DNA of 64,000 nucleotides from Rickettsiales bacterium (GCA_018969185.1 JAGWYT010000002.1:20703-84702), one strand, 5' to 3'; positions 9,579 to 19,251 are shown, counted from the stretch's first letter. Notes: generated by a model from the sequence alone, not told the origin. Numbers and translations: made by a program.

Positions 9579-11251
9579 GCTTTAATTCCAGTTCTTGCCA
9601 AGATTTCATTTGTTGATCCAAAAGCTTTTAATTCGCCGTCTCCAAGTATCATTATTTTATCGCATATTGAAATTGCTGAGTTGCGATGAGTAATTATTAT
9701 AGTGGTAATTTTTTGCGCCTTAGCGTTTAAAATAGTCTTGTTTAAAGCTTGTTCACCAATGTTATCAAGATTTGAATTTGGCTCATCAAGCACCACAAAC
9801 TTTGCTTCACCAAAATAAGCGCGTGCCAAAGCAATTCTTTGTCTTTGACCAGCGGAGAGGTTGCTTCCATCCTTTTCAATTATGGTTTCATATCCTTGTG
9901 GTAAGGCTAAAATTGTTTCATGAACATCACAAAACTGGGCGGCTTTAATAATATCTTCATCTTTTATTTCCTTATTCATTCTGGCGATATTTTCTTTTAC
10001 CGAGCCCTGAAATAGCTCAACATCTTGTGGTAAATAGCCAATATATTTTCCAATTTTTTCTAAATCTTGATGAGAAATATCAGCACCATCAATTCTTATA
10101 ATTCCAGAAGTTGGTTTTAGAACTCCTGTTAAAAGGCGGGCTAATGTTGTTTTGCCACTGCCGCTTGATCCAATAATACCAATGATTTCCCCCGGTTTAA
10201 TTTGAAAGGAAATATTCTTAATTAAAAAAAGATCAGAATTCGTTAATTTATAAATTAGCTTATCAACAGTGATTTCTCCTTGTGGTTTTGGAAGTTCAAT
10301 TTTTTTCTTATCTTCAACATAATTTTTTAATGAATCATTAAGTCTGACGTAAGAAGATTTAATTGTTCTAAGTGATTTCCACATTGAAATTGCATTATCA
10401 AAAGGTGATAAAGCTTTAGAAGAAAGAATTGAAGTGGCAATAATTCCTCCCGAAGACATTTTATTCATCATAACTAGAAGGGCACTTGAAGCCATAGTTA
10501 AAATTTGCAGAACCATTCTTAGAGCTGAAGAAATTGCAGAAATACGACCGCTAATTATTGATAAATCAGATAGTGATTTTCTTAATTCATCATTGCCCAC
10601 TTGCCAAGTTTTGTGAACATTTTTTTTCATTCCCATGGCGTTTATAACTTCAGAATTAGAAAAAATAATTTCAAAATTTCTGACTACATCAATTTGCATT
10701 TGATTGGTTTTTTCAATCAAATTTTTTGTCGATTTTTCATTGATATAAGCCATTTTCAGCATCATCAAACAGCCGGCAATTGTAATTAAACCATTGATCG
10801 GGTGAATGAAAAAAATCATTATCAAATAAACAAGGGCGAAGGGGAAATCAAAAATTGTAGCTAAATTTGGTCCAGCAATAAAATTTTTTAAAGATTGTAA
10901 ATCACGAATATTTTGGCTGTTAATATTTTTGTTTGAATTACCAGATTCAATAACGCTGTTAAAAAGAGCCGGAGACAATTTTTCTTCAAGCCAATTTGCA
11001 ATTTGAACAAAAATCATGGTTCGAATTTGAGTTATGACGCCAAGAAAAGCAAGGAATATAACAGTAATTACGGTCAGGTAAAACAAGGTCTCAAAGCTAT
11101 TGCTGGCAAGAACGCGATTTAGAACTTGCATTGAATAAATTGATGAGGCCAAATTAAAAATGCTGATAAAAAAACTAAATAAGAAGCAGAAAATAAAAGC
11201 TCTTTTGCAATCTTTAAGTGCCGATGTAATGAGTTGTTGTTGATTCTCCAA
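9575..11251 (-). CDS. Type I secretion ABC transporter permease/ATPase (PrtD/HasD type, no C39 peptidase domain)
   Basis: 558 aa with a 6-TM N-terminal half, Walker A GSSGSGKTT, signature LSAGQRQRIALARA and Walker B VVLDEPNSNLD. Confidence 0.92.
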   Translation of the reverse strand: MENQQQLITSALKDCKRAFIFCFLFSFFISIFNLASSIYSMQVLNRVLASNSFETLFYLTVITVIFLAFLGVITQIRTMIFVQIANWLEEKLSPALFNSVIESGNSNKNINSQNIRDLQSLKNFIAGPNLATIFDFPFALVYLIMIFFIHPINGLITIAGCLMMLKMAYINEKSTKNLIEKTNQMQIDVVRNFEIIFSNSEVINAMGMKKNVHKTWQVGNDELRKSLSDLSIISGRISAISSALRMVLQILTMASSALLVMMNKMSSGGIIATSILSSKALSPFDNAISMWKSLRTIKSSYVRLNDSLKNYVEDKKKIELPKPQGEITVDKLIYKLTNSDLFLIKNISFQIKPGEIIGIIGSSGSGKTTLARLLTGVLKPTSGIIRIDGADISHQDLEKIGKYIGYLPQDVELFQGSVKENIARMNKEIKDEDIIKAAQFCDVHETILALPQGYETIIEKDGSNLSAGQRQRIALARAYFGEAKFVVLDEPNSNLDNIGEQALNKTILNAKAQKITTIIITHRNSAISICDKIMILGDGELKAFGSTNEILARTGIKA

Positions 11252-11253
11252 AA

Positions 11254-12507
11254 TTAAATTTCTCCCAAAAAATATTTGATTTTATAATAAATTATCACCA
11301 AATCCATTCTTGAATTTATGTAATTCATCCTACGCTCATTTGCTTCAATCTTGGCTCTAATTACTTCAATTGGATCTTCAACTTTTGATGCTAATCTTTT
11401 GTTAAAAATTTCGGCACGTGTTAATGAAAGCTCAAACATTCTTTTGTGAGTTTTATTTATGTCTAAGAAAAAACGATATTCTCCAACTGCTTGATTAACC
11501 TCTTTTTTAGCGGTTTCTTTGGCAATTTCATATTCTTCTGCTGCCGCTTCTTTTTCATATTTTGCCTGACCTAAATTAGCATATTCAACACCTTTTTGAA
11601 AAATTGGAATTGTGACATTTAGCATTACTACGCTGGAATTAAGGTCTTGGTTGTCTAAATAAACTACTTTTTCATCTTTTCTTTTGTAAGCGGTGACAGA
11701 AACTTTTGGCGAGAAAGCAGATTTTTCAGCATTATAGCCGGCTTTAGAAGCGAGATATTTATAGCGATAAGATTGAACTTTGTGATTTCCTTCCAAAACA
11801 GCTTCAAGAATTTTCTCAGCGTCAAATTGTTCTTCAATTATTTGCGGTTCGGAAAGATCAGAATCTATGTGACCAACAACATTTTGATAATCGAATTTAG
11901 CCTTATTTAACTTACTGGTAATATCTAAATATTTTTCGTCATTTAAAGAAGCTTCATAAGAAAATTTTATAATATCACTTTTATCAATGATGCGCGCTTC
12001 TTTCCTGCGGTTGACCAAATCAAGAAATTTTCTGCCCAGTTTTTTATTTTCTTCCTGAAGTTTTATTAGACGTGAATAGCGAAATAAATTGCAATAGCTC
12101 TGTACGGCAGAAAAAGAAATCTCTTGAGTTTTGTCATGTGTTGTGGCGGTGCTAGATTGGATTTTATAATTGGCTTGTTTGTATTTTGAAACTGAATGTA
12201 GCCCATCAAAAACTGGTTGCTCTAATATTATATCCTTACTTCTTTGTTTCGTGGAACGGTCATATTCTTGTCCTTGATAAAAACTATTTCTTTGTCCATA
12301 GCCAATATCAGCTTTAATATTTGGTAAGAATTCCGCAATTGCTTTTGTCTTTTCAGTTTTAATTGAATTAAGTCTTATGCGTTCAAGTTTGATATTGCGA
12401 TTATTTGCTTTTGAGGAGTCGATAGCATCTCTTAGATCAGTTGCTAAAGAATTATTAGCAAATAGCAAAAGAGCAAAAAATGTAATGATGAAATATTGGT
12501 TTTTCAT
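11254..12507 (-). CDS. TolC-family outer membrane channel of the type I secretion system
   Basis: Signal peptide MKNQYFIITFFALLLFANNSLA, starting from the ATG at 12507. It has the two-repeat alpha/beta architecture of outer membrane efflux proteins and lies between the RTX gene and the ABC gene. Confidence 0.85.
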   Translation of the reverse strand: MKNQYFIITFFALLLFANNSLATDLRDAIDSSKANNRNIKLERIRLNSIKTEKTKAIAEFLPNIKADIGYGQRNSFYQGQEYDRSTKQRSKDIILEQPVFDGLHSVSKYKQANYKIQSSTATTHDKTQEISFSAVQSYCNLFRYSRLIKLQEENKKLGRKFLDLVNRRKEARIIDKSDIIKFSYEASLNDEKYLDITSKLNKAKFDYQNVVGHIDSDLSEPQIIEEQFDAEKILEAVLEGNHKVQSYRYKYLASKAGYNAEKSAFSPKVSVTAYKRKDEKVVYLDNQDLNSSVVMLNVTIPIFQKGVEYANLGQAKYEKEAAAEEYEIAKETAKKEVNQAVGEYRFFLDINKTHKRMFELSLTRAEIFNKRLASKVEDPIEVIRAKIEANERRMNYINSRMDLVIIYYKIKYFLGEI

Positions 12508-12540
12508 ATCGATTATAAAATGATTATCCTTTCTTGTCAC

Positions 12541-12612
12541 GTCCGTCTTTAGGACGGGGTCCATACAATATTGAATTTTGTAATGGATGTCGTCATGAAG
12601 ACGGACGTGACA
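12541..12612. repeat. Hairpin element (GTCACGTCCGTCTT ... AAGACGGACGTGAC), related to family C
   Basis: 14-bp inverted termini and an internal TTAGGACGGGGTCC motif. It sits between the RTX gene and tolC. Confidence 0.6.
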
Positions 12613-12628
12613 AAAATGATTTTAATTT

Positions 12629-14830
12629 TTAAGCAATATCAAAATCGCTATTTGTTAGAGCAAATTGGTTTGCCAATTTGATAAAAAAATCATTACCACT
12701 ATCATGATATGAAATGATGGTGTTATTCTGATTGTCGAAGTAATAGCTAAGACCGCTTTCACTGATGTTTGAAGCTAAATTGATGCTCTTATCAATTAAA
12801 CTTAAGCTGTGGAAATCAATCTTATCTTCTCCTTGTTTGAAATCGAGAATAGTATCCGCAAGATCAATAGATCTGCCACTGTCAGAAAAGAAATTAAACA
12901 CAAATTTATCTAAACCGGCGCCACCAACTAAAGTATCTTTTCCAGCATCGCCAATTATAATATCATTGCCTGATCCTGCATATATTGTGTCGTCTCCAGC
13001 ATTGCCATAAACCGTATCATTTCCTGAGCCAGAGAAAATAAGATCATTACCATCTCCGCCATTGATATAATCAGTTCCGGTGATATTTCTATTCGTGTTA
13101 CTATCAGTTGGTTTTAGGTTGTTAGCAGCAATAATTTTTTGCGCAGAAACTAAATCTATACCTAAAGATAATAAGTCATTTAGAACATAAGAATCGGCAA
13201 CAAATATGGCGTCACTACCATTGCCACCATAAATTATATTTGTTGCGGTATCTGTTCCAGAAACAGCAACTATAATATCATTACCTTCTTCGCCATCCAT
13301 AACATTGGAGCTGTTATTGCCGATTAATCCCCCAACTAAAATATCATTACCATTGCCGCCATACATTTTGTTGATACCGTAATCTTTAAGTGTTGCGCCA
13401 ATAATAATGTCATTACCATTATCACCAAATGAGGTGTTGGTTCCATTAGAATTAACAGCAAGTCCAACAATCAAATCATTATCGTCTCCACCACTGATTT
13501 TATTGTTTCCACCATTAACAATGGTTGCTGCAATTATAGTATCGCTACCATAACCACCATTAATAATATTTGCTCCGGCAATTGTTGTATTGGCTACGGC
13601 AGCAATAAAATCGTTGCCATCACCACCATTAATAACATTGTTTGTTGCTAATCCAGTTGAGCCAGCAACTATAATATCATTACCAGTTCCACCATCAATG
13701 AAATTACGACCTAAAGTAGCAACATTGGCACTTAAAATAATATCATTTCCAGCATCACCATAAATATTATTTTCTCCATAAACTGCTTCTTTAATATCTC
13801 CAAGCAAGCTTGTAAGAGTGTTAATGTTGAGGTTAGATGCGGCATTTGCTATAGAGATAAGATTTATATTGGCATTAGCAACACCGATAATATCATCTCC
13901 ACTTCCACCGCGAATATTATTTGCGCCATAAATGTTAGTAAAAAGACCAGCATTGGCTGCTAAAATAATGTCGTTACCATCATCACCAGTAATGTTATTT
14001 AAACCTCCCAAAGCAATTGTAGATGTGGCTATAATATCATTGCCACTTCCTCCAGAAACATTATTTACACCAAGGGCAGCAACATTGGCAGCAATAATGG
14101 TGTCATTACCATCATCGCCATAAATATTATTAATACCTATAATTGAGGCATTGCCTGCGATTATTGTGTCATCCCCACTATCGCCATGAATAATGTTAAG
14201 ACCACCAAGAGCAACAGAACCGCTGGTGATATTATCATTGCCACTTCCTCCAGAAACATTGTTCACACCAGTGTTAGCAACATTGGCAGCAAGGATAGTA
14301 TCATTGCCATCGTCACCATTAATGGTATTAACACCAATAATTGAGGCATTTGCAGCAGTTATTCTGTCATCACCACTACCACCATAAACAATATTGGTGC
14401 CGCTAAGTGCTACGGAACCAGTAGTAATATTGTCATTACCATTGCCACCATAAATTTTATTTGTAGCCCTTGCAGCAATATTGACAGCAGTAATATTGTC
14501 ATTACCATCATCACCAAAAATAATATTATTTTGTGATATTGAAAGTGAACCGATAAATATATTATCATTATCTGAGCCTCCATGAATATCATTTGAGCCA
14601 CCTAAGATAGAAACAACATTTATAGTATCATTACCACTTCCACCATCAACATAATTGTAAAATCCTATACCGTTGATTGTATCATTACCGCCGTTGCCAT
14701 ATAGCCAATTTGCTGGCATGTAGCCGTTTATAGTATTACCTCTTCCATCCCCATATTTGACTGGTGAAGGTGCTGCAAACAAGAATAAATCAGTAGCAAC
14801 ATCAATTATAGCCTGTATTGGATTACCCAT
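12629..14830 (-). CDS. RTX-family calcium-binding repeat protein, the presumed type I secretion substrate
   Basis: Dozens of GGxGxD motifs (GGSGNDNI, GDDGNDTI). The C-terminal part has six consecutive canonical nonapeptides (GGDGNDLIF SGSGNDTVY GNAGDDTIY ...), followed by an acidic, non-cleaved tail typical of T1SS signals. Confidence 0.9.
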   Translation of the reverse strand: MGNPIQAIIDVATDLFLFAAPSPVKYGDGRGNTINGYMPANWLYGNGGNDTINGIGFYNYVDGGSGNDTINVVSILGGSNDIHGGSDNDNIFIGSLSISQNNIIFGDDGNDNITAVNIAARATNKIYGGNGNDNITTGSVALSGTNIVYGGSGDDRITAANASIIGVNTINGDDGNDTILAANVANTGVNNVSGGSGNDNITSGSVALGGLNIIHGDSGDDTIIAGNASIIGINNIYGDDGNDTIIAANVAALGVNNVSGGSGNDIIATSTIALGGLNNITGDDGNDIILAANAGLFTNIYGANNIRGGSGDDIIGVANANINLISIANAASNLNINTLTSLLGDIKEAVYGENNIYGDAGNDIILSANVATLGRNFIDGGTGNDIIVAGSTGLATNNVINGGDGNDFIAAVANTTIAGANIINGGYGSDTIIAATIVNGGNNKISGGDDNDLIVGLAVNSNGTNTSFGDNGNDIIIGATLKDYGINKMYGGNGNDILVGGLIGNNSSNVMDGEEGNDIIVAVSGTDTATNIIYGGNGSDAIFVADSYVLNDLLSLGIDLVSAQKIIAANNLKPTDSNTNRNITGTDYINGGDGNDLIFSGSGNDTVYGNAGDDTIYAGSGNDIIIGDAGKDTLVGGAGLDKFVFNFFSDSGRSIDLADTILDFKQGEDKIDFHSLSLIDKSINLASNISESGLSYYFDNQNNTIISYHDSGNDFFIKLANQFALTNSDFDIA

Positions 14831-14893
14831 AAAGTCTCCTCTATTAATTAATAAAATTTAAAACAAGTTAATCTGTTCAGAACTTTGGTATAA

Positions 14894-15337
14894 CTATCTA
14901 AACAACTTAACTATCCTCCTTACTGACCCATCATGATTTCTGCGAATAAATTTTGCCTTATGTTCTTTTCCAAAAACATTTTCATAAAGGTCAGCAAAGA
15001 TTTTTTTAGCATCACCGAATGGCGCAATGAAATCCATAAGCCAGAGGTTATTTCCACTTTTCCATTCATCGTGGTTTAAGCTATAATTTCCTGTTTGATA
15101 TTTTTCGGAAACCTCGTCAGACATGAAAGCCCAAGAAACAAAGACAGTAGGTAAATTTTGTTTGTTGTAGTAAATTCTATATTGTCCATTGGTAAGTGGC
15201 ACTACAACCTCTTTCCACATATTAACAATTCTAAAGTTTTTGTGATAATCAGAGTTCAAGAAAAGTGCGGTTACATCGCCAAGTAGCAAAAACCTTTTTC
15301 TTTCTTCTGGTAAAGCTTCAAGTCCCATCATAAACAA
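14894..15337 (-). CDS. RTX toxin-activating lysine acyltransferase (HlyC/CyaC family)
   Basis: About 147 aa. The block NLWLMDFIAPFGD resembles, from my recollection, the conserved KWFIDWIAPFGD block of E. coli HlyC. VFVSWAFMSDE resembles AYCSWANLS. It lies immediately upstream of the RTX gene. Confidence 0.8.
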   Translation of the reverse strand: MFMMGLEALPEERKRFLLLGDVTALFLNSDYHKNFRIVNMWKEVVVPLTNGQYRIYYNKQNLPTVFVSWAFMSDEVSEKYQTGNYSLNHDEWKSGNNLWLMDFIAPFGDAKKIFADLYENVFGKEHKAKFIRRNHDGSVRRIVKLFR

Positions 15338-15499
15338 TCTCGTTAGTTGTTAATTTTTAGAAAAACTTTTTTGATTAAAACGAGAACAGTAAAATAGCTT
15401 TTATCAGCTATTCAATTTTGATGTTACAAAGAGTCTGAATTTTGCTTTGAAGCCTTGTAAATAAAGGAAAGAATTTTTAGGAATTATGGAATGAAAAGG

Positions 15500-15528
15500 A
15501 TAGACCCCATCTTTATGATAGGGTCTAT
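15500..15528 (-). terminator. Hairpin downstream of the OMP gene
   Basis: The stem is ATAGACCC ... GGGTCTAT. On the minus strand it is followed by a short T run. Confidence 0.5.
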
Positions 15529-15547
15529 GAGATGTTGTTTGGTGTTA

Positions 15548-16462
15548 TTAAAAAGAATATCTGAATGTAGATGAGATGACAGTGTTTCTAACATTTTTTA
15601 TAGATTTGGTGCTATTGACAAAAATGTCTCCACCATTTTCTGTTTTTAATTTTAACTCAATATCATATTTCTTAGGATCTCCTGAGATGCTGAAATTTAC
15701 AAAATATGATTTACTATCATCAAGAGAATATTTCTGATTACTCCCATCGCGGAAAGATCCATATTTAGTTCTGGTTGCATTAAGTGATATGGAGCCATAA
15801 TTAAAGCGATATTGAACTTCTGCACTATATCCGAAATTATTACTTTCTGAGGCTCTTGAAAAAGAACCATCTTGTTTTATGGATTTTGCATCGGTGAAAT
15901 GCTGTGCTCCGCCACTAAGTACAAAACCAAAATCTCCAATATATCTACCTAAATCAAGTCTTAATGCGTAACTGTTCCTGCCATCAGCAACTGTTCCAGT
16001 TGTGTGAGTTGATGAGTCGGCCACTTTACTATTAATTATGTTGAAAGAAATAGGAAGTATAACGTCAAAATTTATCCCATTTACTTGTTGATTTAAAAAT
16101 CGATATTTTAAGGCAAAGATAGGATTTTCAAAACCTTTTGATTTCTCTTTTGTAGTGGTACCAAGGGTTGTGGTTTCTTCTTTATTATATTCAAGAATGG
16201 TAAAAGCATTTAGCTTATCAGTAATTCCGTAATCAAATATGTTTGAAACGCCAGAGTTATTGAGTTCTTTTTTATTATACTGTCCAAGAGAGTTTATTTC
16301 GTTGAATTTTTTGGTTTCGCTTGAAATTGTAGTTATGGAAACCAATTGCTTTTTTGCTGGTCGAAACATTAAGCTGTCAAGACGCATGCCATCTGCAGCA
16401 AAGGCTTCATTAAAAAAGAGCGAACTTAAAAGCGCTGTACTTAGAGTTAGAATTTTTTTCAT
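15548..16462 (-). CDS. Outer membrane beta-barrel protein, function unknown
   Basis: Signal peptide ending AFA, alternating-polarity beta-strand pattern and a C-terminal aromatic residue (RYSF). Confidence 0.65.
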   Translation of the reverse strand: MKKILTLSTALLSSLFFNEAFAADGMRLDSLMFRPAKKQLVSITTISSETKKFNEINSLGQYNKKELNNSGVSNIFDYGITDKLNAFTILEYNKEETTTLGTTTKEKSKGFENPIFALKYRFLNQQVNGINFDVILPISFNIINSKVADSSTHTTGTVADGRNSYALRLDLGRYIGDFGFVLSGGAQHFTDAKSIKQDGSFSRASESNNFGYSAEVQYRFNYGSISLNATRTKYGSFRDGSNQKYSLDDSKSYFVNFSISGDPKKYDIELKLKTENGGDIFVNSTKSIKNVRNTVISSTFRYSF

Positions 16463-16737
16463 AAAACTTTTATGGTAATACTTGATACAGGTTTACAAAT
16501 TTATGTTTTGGTATATTTCAGACATCTATCTTTGAAAGAAAGAATATTTTCAGAAAATAATAAGTTCTAAGAAAAAACGATCAATGTTTCTACAGATTTT
16601 AATGAAAGAAAATATGGTGGTTATAATGTGTTATTTCGTTACATTTTTAACCAAATATTCTTGCTTAGTTTTAGAGAGCTTAAAGAAAAAAATAGACGTT
16701 TTGTTACATTATAATTGAATTAAGATAAGAAATATTA

Positions 16738-17463
16738 TTACAACTCTTCTTCAGTTGTTCTTATCGCCTCAATTGTTCCAATGTGGAAATATTTTCCTTT
16801 TAATTCAACGCCTTTAATTCTGTGTAATAAACCGCCTTCACCAACAGCCGATTTATAATAGTGTGACATTGAAAAACATTCATGTGGAGCATTATTTAAA
16901 ATTTTTGGATTAATTATTTGAATGCCAACAAAAACATGGCTCATCGCACTTTCAGGAAATCTATATAAGGTTCCAGCTTCAAAATCAAAATCTCCACCAC
17001 CAAAATTATTTCCATCATAGCCAATATAATCTTCTTTTTTAACCAACCCTAAAAGAATATCACATTCTTCTTCATGCCATTTTTTTGATAATAATTCTAT
17101 ATCAGAAATCATAGCATTTTCTTGCCATAAAATATCACCGTTAACTGTAAGAAGAGGTTTGTCAAAATCAATCTTATCCTTAGCAAATACAAGTCCTCCG
17201 CCGGTTTCAACTTTTGTTAATTCGTGAGAAAAAATAATTTTTTTATTATTTAGTTTTTTGATGTGATTTTCAATTTGTTCAGCAAGATAAAAACCATTAA
17301 TAATAATTTTTTTGATGCTTGAAATTTTATCTAATTTTTCAATTGAATAATCGATAATTGATTTGTTGTTGATTTTAACAAGAGGTTTTGGAATTGAGTC
17401 AGTAAGCGGTCTCATGCGTTCTCCACGACCAGCAGCAAAAATAAAAGCTTGTGAAATTTCCAT
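16738..17463 (-). CDS. Sugar-phosphate nucleotidyltransferase family protein (MurU-like)
   Basis: N-terminal AAGRGERMRPLTDSIPKPLV signature of the NTP_transferase fold. Confidence 0.75.
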   Translation of the reverse strand: MEISQAFIFAAGRGERMRPLTDSIPKPLVKINNKSIIDYSIEKLDKISSIKKIIINGFYLAEQIENHIKKLNNKKIIFSHELTKVETGGGLVFAKDKIDFDKPLLTVNGDILWQENAMISDIELLSKKWHEEECDILLGLVKKEDYIGYDGNNFGGGDFDFEAGTLYRFPESAMSHVFVGIQIINPKILNNAPHECFSMSHYYKSAVGEGGLLHRIKGVELKGKYFHIGTIEAIRTTEEEL

Positions 17464-17464
17464 A

Positions 17465-18490
17465 TTATTTTTTGGTATTTACGTCAAGTCCAATATCAAC
17501 CGCTCTTACAGAATGAGTAAGCGCACCAATTGAAATAAAATCAATATCAAACTTAGAAATTTTTTTAATAAATTCTAAATTAATGCCACCAGACACTTCA
17601 ATTTTTGATTTTTTATTTAGAACCTGTTCAAAATCTCTACTGTGATGGCTGTCTAAATCTGATTTGCTGCGCTTCCGGTGCTCACGTATATCTATATACG
17701 CTGCGCGCCGGTTCTCGCAAATCAGCGTATCCAGCTCATCACAGCGAGATTTTGAATAGGTTCTTATTATTTTTATCGCCTTTTTTATCTCTGCAATTGT
17801 CATATTATCAAGCATGATAATGTCTGGCTTCTGCTTTACAGCCTCGGCAACTTGTGTTAAATTATCACACTCAATTTCAATTTTTAGTTTTTTATTTTTC
17901 TTTGCTAATTCTAAGGATTTACGGACGTTTCCGGCAGCAGCAATGTGATTGTCTTTAATTAAAATAGCATCAGATAAATCAAAGCGATGATTGCTTCCAC
18001 CGCCAATTTTAACCGCATATTTTTGTAATAAACGCAGTGAAGGAAAAGTTTTTCTAGTATCAAGAATTTTGATTTTTTTATTGTTAAGAGTTTTAACAAA
18101 TTTATTTGTTAAAGTTGAAATTCCGCTTAGATGTTGGAGTAAGTTTAGAATAACTCTTTCGGCAGCAAAAATTAGTTTAGCATCGCCAAACCCTTCAGCT
18201 ATTGATTTACCAGCTTTTATAAAATTTCCATCTTTAGCTTTTATTTTTAATTCAAGAAATGCATTTTGGAATTTCTTTGATTTTCTTAATTCATCAAAAC
18301 ATAGTTTTATTGCATCAACACCGCATAAAATTACATCTTCTCGAACATTGATTTCAAAAGTAATTTTATGATTATTTTTTATAGTTAAGTCAGAAGTAAT
18401 ATCATTATAGGCTTTATCTTCAGCAAGCCCAGCCTTGGTTATTTTAAATAATTCTTTAGTGAAATTGGTTTTACTTACAAGCTCTTGCAT
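17465..18490 (-). CDS. nadC: Nicotinate-nucleotide pyrophosphorylase (carboxylating), carrying an in-frame 42-codon repeat-element insertion
   Basis: LLQHLSGISTLT, DTRKTFPSLRLLQKYAV..GGGSNHR, ILIKDNHI, IEIECDNL, IIMLDNM and EVSGGIN...ISIGALTHS are all present. Confidence 0.88.
   Translation of the reverse strand: MQELVSKTNFTKELFKITKAGLAEDKAYNDITSDLTIKNNHKITFEINVREDVILCGVDAIKLCFDELRKSKKFQNAFLELKIKAKDGNFIKAGKSIAEGFGDAKLIFAAERVILNLLQHLSGISTLTNKFVKTLNNKKIKILDTRKTFPSLRLLQKYAVKIGGGSNHRFDLSDAILIKDNHIAAAGNVRKSLELAKKNKKLKIEIECDNLTQVAEAVKQKPDIIMLDNMTIAEIKKAIKIIRTYSKSRCDELDTLICENRRAAYIDIREHRKRSKSDLDSHHSRDFEQVLNKKSKIEVSGGINLEFIKKISKFDIDFISIGALTHSVRAVDIGLDVNTKK
17629..17754. repeat. Palindromic element (family B-like) inserted in frame in nadC
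   Basis: 126 nt (42 codons), visibly more GC-rich than the flanking sequence. Inverted arms are CAAAATCTCTACTGTGATGGCTG and CAGCTCATCACAGCGAGATTTTG. It encodes KSRCDELDTLICENRRAAYIDIREHRKRSKSDLDSHHSRDF, located between the conserved IIMLDNM and EVSGGI blocks. Confidence 0.75.
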
Positions 18491-19245
18491 TTGGTTGGAT
18501 CAAATTTTTTATCTTGCAAATGCTTTAAACGTTCTTTGATGAAAAAGCGCATGAAATCAATGTCTTCAGGTTTTAATTGACTTACACCATTCTCATTTTC
18601 TTTAAGAAGTTGCTCAATGATTTTAAATGCCATACAACCATCACCCATTTCTTCGTGAATAAATGCTGGCATTTGTTTTGTCCAAATTGGAGCATTTTTA
18701 TCACTATTTAAACTAAGTTTGTAAGCCAGTTCAAGAGCGCGATCCATGTCCTGTAGTTTGTTTCTTGCTAAATAAATGGCTTGAAAAAACCACCACCAAT
18801 TCTTATCAATATTTTTAGAAGCGTGTTCCTCGAGATAGTTAATTATATAATTAATATCAGAAGTGTTTTGAGTTTGGCTATAATAATAAGCAGCAAGAGA
18901 GGGAACGAAGTTTGATTTTTCATTAAGAGTATCAAGTGTTGTCATCCATCCGTAAATTCTTGAATAGTCATAATTTTTTAGTGATAAAAAACCAGCAAAT
19001 ACATCTCCAGAGTTTTGTAATCTTGTGGCAAGAACACGAAATAAAAATTCTTTATCTCCAAGTGATGCTGCAGAAACCAGATACTTACTAGGTGCGGGAG
19101 GAACTATATCAAATTTTGGTTTTATGCTTTCAGTTTGTTTCCAAAAAAGAATTTGCAAAACAAGGGTTGCAACGAAAAGCCAAAGGAAGATTTTATGAGA
19201 ATAGAGGTGAAAAAAGAATTGAAAATTTTTTAAAAAAGAAGACAT
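18475..19245 (-). CDS. Membrane-anchored hypothetical protein (possibly helical-repeat/TPR-like)
   Basis: One N-terminal TM helix and no motif I recognise. It is co-directional with, and tightly packed against, the secretin operon. Confidence 0.5.
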   Translation of the reverse strand: MSSFLKNFQFFFHLYSHKIFLWLFVATLVLQILFWKQTESIKPKFDIVPPAPSKYLVSAASLGDKEFLFRVLATRLQNSGDVFAGFLSLKNYDYSRIYGWMTTLDTLNEKSNFVPSLAAYYYSQTQNTSDINYIINYLEEHASKNIDKNWWWFFQAIYLARNKLQDMDRALELAYKLSLNSDKNAPIWTKQMPAFIHEEMGDGCMAFKIIEQLLKENENGVSQLKPEDIDFMRFFIKERLKHLQDKKFDPTKCKSL

Positions 19246-19251
19246 TCAAAT

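Noticed and set aside
12765-14601. Several 63-81 aa ORFs within or antisense to the RTX gene (12765-13010, 13932-14123, 14193-14387, 14410-14601)
   Set aside because: They are frame-shifted or antisense read-outs of the GGxGxD repeat DNA. The 733-aa minus-strand frame explains the whole region.
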